Source: Arcobacteraceae bacterium
GTDB taxonomy: Bacteria > Campylobacterota > Campylobacteria > Campylobacterales > Arcobacteraceae
Assembly (NCBI GenBank): GCA_048268245.1
Contig: JBLWVX010000041.1
Span: forward strand, 1 to 18,505
DNA: 18,505 nucleotides
Reading direction: 5' to 3'
Shown here piece after piece: positions 15,899 to 18,505 of this stretch. A model generated the notes under the pieces. That model ran no database searches, was not told where the DNA came from, and was given only the letters and a program-made list of their open reading frames with translations. Both the position numbers and the translations under genes were made by a program. Position 1 is the first letter of the stretch. Each line of letters opens with the position of its first letter.

Positions 15899-16022
15899 TT
15901 TTTAAAGACTATTGTATAAATAAGAAGAATGATTTATTAATACTTTAAAACCTTCATCTAAATAATTTTACAATAAGAATTTTTTTATACAATTATAAAT
16001 AAACTTAAATATTGGATGATTG

Positions 16023-18248
16023 ATGAAAACTTTACAAATTGAGATTAAAGGTATAGTTCAAGGAGTAGGGTTTCGACCACATGTATATAATCTAGCTTTA
16101 AAACATGATATAAAAGGTTGGGTTAACAATGATGAAAAAGGAGTAAATATAGTTGTTTATTCCTTTGAAGAAAACTGCCAAAACTTCATAAATGAACTAA
16201 AAAACAATCCCCCAGTTTTAGCAAGAATAGACTCTTTAGAAATAAAAGAAATAACAAAAATAAAAGAGTATAAAAGCTTTGAGATTATACAAAGTACTAA
16301 TCAAAACAACAAAACTACAATAGTCTCACCAGATATGGCAATATGCCAAGACTGCATAGATGATATAAATGAGAAAAACAACTTTAGATACAATTATGCT
16401 TTAACAAACTGTACAAACTGTGGTCCAAGATACTCTATAATCAAAACAGTACCCTATGATAGAGAAAATACCTCAATGAGTGAATTTGAATTATGTCAAA
16501 AATGTAAAGAAGAGTATGAAAATCCAACAAATAGAAGATACCATGCCCAACCAGTTGCATGTGAGACTTGTGGACCAAATGTGATTTTGTATAATAAAAA
16601 TAAAGAAGTCTCTTCAAATATAGAAGCTATAGAACAGTGTGCAAGGTTTATAGATGATGGAAAGATTGTTGCAATCAAAGGCTTAGGAGGTTTTCATCTA
16701 ATTTGCGATGCCACAAATAGCAAAGTTGTTAAAGAATTAAGACTTAGAAAAAATAGACCAAATAAGCCTTTTGCAGTTATATTTGATAATATAGAGACAG
16801 TTAAAGATTATACAAAACTAAGCTCAAAAGAAGAAGAGTTTTTAAACTCAAAAGAGAAACCTATAGTTTTAGTCAAAAAATCTGAAAACACAAAACTATG
16901 CGAAGAAGTTGCACCAAGAATTGATAGACTGGGATGCTTTATAGCTTATACACCTTTACATCATTTACTTTTTAAATTTACAAACAAGCCTTTAGTTGCA
17001 ACAAGCGCAAATTTAAAAGATGAACCAATCATTAGATTTAAAGATGAGATTTTGCAAAAGCTAGGTCATGTGGTGGATTTTGTGCTTGATTTTAATAGGG
17101 ATATTATAAACTCATGTGATGATTCAGTTATACAAGTTGTGAACAATGATATTTTGAAGCTTAGAAATGCAAGAGGCTATGCGCCAACAGCTATAAACTT
17201 ACAAAAAAAGACAAATAAAAGAATCTTAGCACTTGGTGCAAATCAAAAATCTACTATATCATTAGCCTTTGAAAATAATCTTATTTTATCTCCTCATATT
17301 GGAGATTTAAACTCTATTGATGCAGTTGAGTATTTTATAAGAACTATTGATACTTTTAAAAGATTTTATGACTTTGAAGCTGATGTTATTGTTTGTGATA
17401 AACATCCAAATTATGAGAGTGTAAAATGGGCAAAATCACAAGATATTAAACTTGTACAAGTTCAACATCATTATGCTCATATTTTATCTACTATGGCAGA
17501 ATACAAACTAGAAAAAGATGTCTTAGGAATTGCTTTTGATGGTACAGGCTATGGTGATGATGGAAATATTTGGGGTGGTGAAGTTTTTGTTTGTAATAAA
17601 AAAGAGTATAAAAGAGCTTACCATTTAAAGTATTTTAAACTTTTAGGAGGTGAAAAGGCTGTAAAGGAGCCTAAAAGAATAGCTTTATCTCTTCTTTTTG
17701 ATATATATTCTTTAGAAGAGATATTAAAACAAAAAAATAGTGTCGTAAACGTCTTTAGTGCAAATGAAATAAAACTTTTACATACTATGTGGCAAAAAGC
17801 TTTAAATGCACCACTTACAAGCTCAATAGGAAGGCTTTTTGATGCTATTGCTAGTATTTCTGGTCTTGCACATATGCAAAGCTATGAAGGCGAGACAGGG
17901 CTTTTAATAGAACAAAATTATGATGAAAATATAGAAGATATTTATTCATATAGACTAAATGATGAAGAAATAGATATAAGTTTAATGGTAAAAGAAATGC
18001 TTGAAGATAAACAAACACAACTTATATGTAGTAAGTTTATAAATACACTAGCTCAAATAATCCTTGATATTTCAAATAGATATGATGACCTAGAAGTTGT
18101 TCTAAGTGGAGGAGTGTTTCAAAATAAAACTCTTTTAGAATTAGTAACTAAAAAGCTTGAAGATCAAAATAAAAAATACTATTACTCAAAACAAATTCCT
18201 TTAAATGATGGTGGAATTTCAGTAGGGCAAATCTATCATATAATTTAA
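16023..18248 (+). CDS. hypF: Carbamoyltransferase HypF ([NiFe]-hydrogenase maturation)
   Basis: Acylphosphatase GIVQGVGFRP, zinc fingers CQDC/CTNCGPRY/CQKC/CETCGP, YrdC-like KGLGGFHL, and Kae1-like DKHP, QHHYAH, SGGVFQN and NDGGISVGQ. ATG 16023 preferred over TTG 16020. Confidence 0.97.
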   Translation: MKTLQIEIKGIVQGVGFRPHVYNLALKHDIKGWVNNDEKGVNIVVYSFEENCQNFINELKNNPPVLARIDSLEIKEITKIKEYKSFEIIQSTNQNNKTTIVSPDMAICQDCIDDINEKNNFRYNYALTNCTNCGPRYSIIKTVPYDRENTSMSEFELCQKCKEEYENPTNRRYHAQPVACETCGPNVILYNKNKEVSSNIEAIEQCARFIDDGKIVAIKGLGGFHLICDATNSKVVKELRLRKNRPNKPFAVIFDNIETVKDYTKLSSKEEEFLNSKEKPIVLVKKSENTKLCEEVAPRIDRLGCFIAYTPLHHLLFKFTNKPLVATSANLKDEPIIRFKDEILQKLGHVVDFVLDFNRDIINSCDDSVIQVVNNDILKLRNARGYAPTAINLQKKTNKRILALGANQKSTISLAFENNLILSPHIGDLNSIDAVEYFIRTIDTFKRFYDFEADVIVCDKHPNYESVKWAKSQDIKLVQVQHHYAHILSTMAEYKLEKDVLGIAFDGTGYGDDGNIWGGEVFVCNKKEYKRAYHLKYFKLLGGEKAVKEPKRIALSLLFDIYSLEEILKQKNSVVNVFSANEIKLLHTMWQKALNAPLTSSIGRLFDAIASISGLAHMQSYEGETGLLIEQNYDENIEDIYSYRLNDEEIDISLMVKEMLEDKQTQLICSKFINTLAQIILDISNRYDDLEVVLSGGVFQNKTLLELVTKKLEDQNKKYYYSKQIPLNDGGISVGQIYHII

Positions 18249-18260
18249 AACCTAAACTTA

Positions 18261-18300
18261 GTTTGCTAAATAGAGTAGGGCTATTTAGTAAACATCTTTC
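18261..18300 (+). terminator. Hairpin or terminator after hypF
   Basis: GTTTGCTAAATAG-agtaggg-CTATTTAGTAAAC, a 13-bp stem with one G-U pair, followed by ATCTTTC. Confidence 0.65.
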
Positions 18301-18505
18301 AATAATCTTCTTTATAATTTATATAAAAAATAAACTAGAACAATAAATCTATATTTTATTTAAAAACTCGCTATTTTAAAAATACTTATACTATAACAAA
18401 ATGTCTTCTATTTATCAATCTATTTATATTAAATAAAATGTATGAAAATATTCTACAAAGACTATATATTAGCAAGATTTAAAAAAATAATTTTTTGAAA
18501 AAACC

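Noticed and set aside
12411..15960. Accessory block as a CRISPR array, prophage, IS element or toxin-antitoxin locus
   Set aside because: Only two copies of each repeat, no regular spacers, and no cas, phage, transposase or recognisable toxin motifs.
12415..15979. AATAAGAA near both ends of the accessory block as a target-site duplication
   Set aside because: An 8-bp A-rich word that occurs at 12415, 15919 and 15972; expected by chance at this composition.
150..16678. Short alternative-frame or antisense ORFs (150-359, 1212-1421, 4832-5032, 5420-5710, 6770-6952, 10805-11287, 11605-11787, 13774-13989, 16496-16678)
   Set aside because: All overlap better-supported genes and show no recognisable motifs; they are typical shadow ORFs.

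Overview
AT-rich bacterial chromosomal window whose gene content and order fit Campylobacterota, most likely Arcobacteraceae (inferred). It starts with the 3' part of aconitase acnB, an RluA-family pseudouridine synthase and a minus-strand ADP-ribosylglycohydrolase-family gene. A large [NiFe]-hydrogenase locus follows: a TetR regulator whose HTH domain seems to need a non-canonical ATA start, coupled to a cytoplasmic group 2-type (2d-like) hydrogenase with no Tat signal and no cleavable C-terminal tail; then the membrane-bound group 1b uptake hydrogenase hydABC with hydD and hydE; and finally hypF. Between hydE and hypF lies a ~3.5 kb accessory block of five hypothetical genes (orfA, orfB, orfC, orfB', orfD). 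It is built around two interleaved direct repeats, a 102-bp palindromic promoter-like unit and a 67-bp identical 3' gene end, and carries a G8 tract. There are two main leads. (1) A 20-bp near-identical palindromic operator lies upstream of both tetR and hydA, suggesting a TetR plus soluble hydrogenase regulatory circuit. (2) The accessory block may be a rearrangeable or phase-variable locus of exported proteins. All family calls come from motif recognition by eye; no searches were run.
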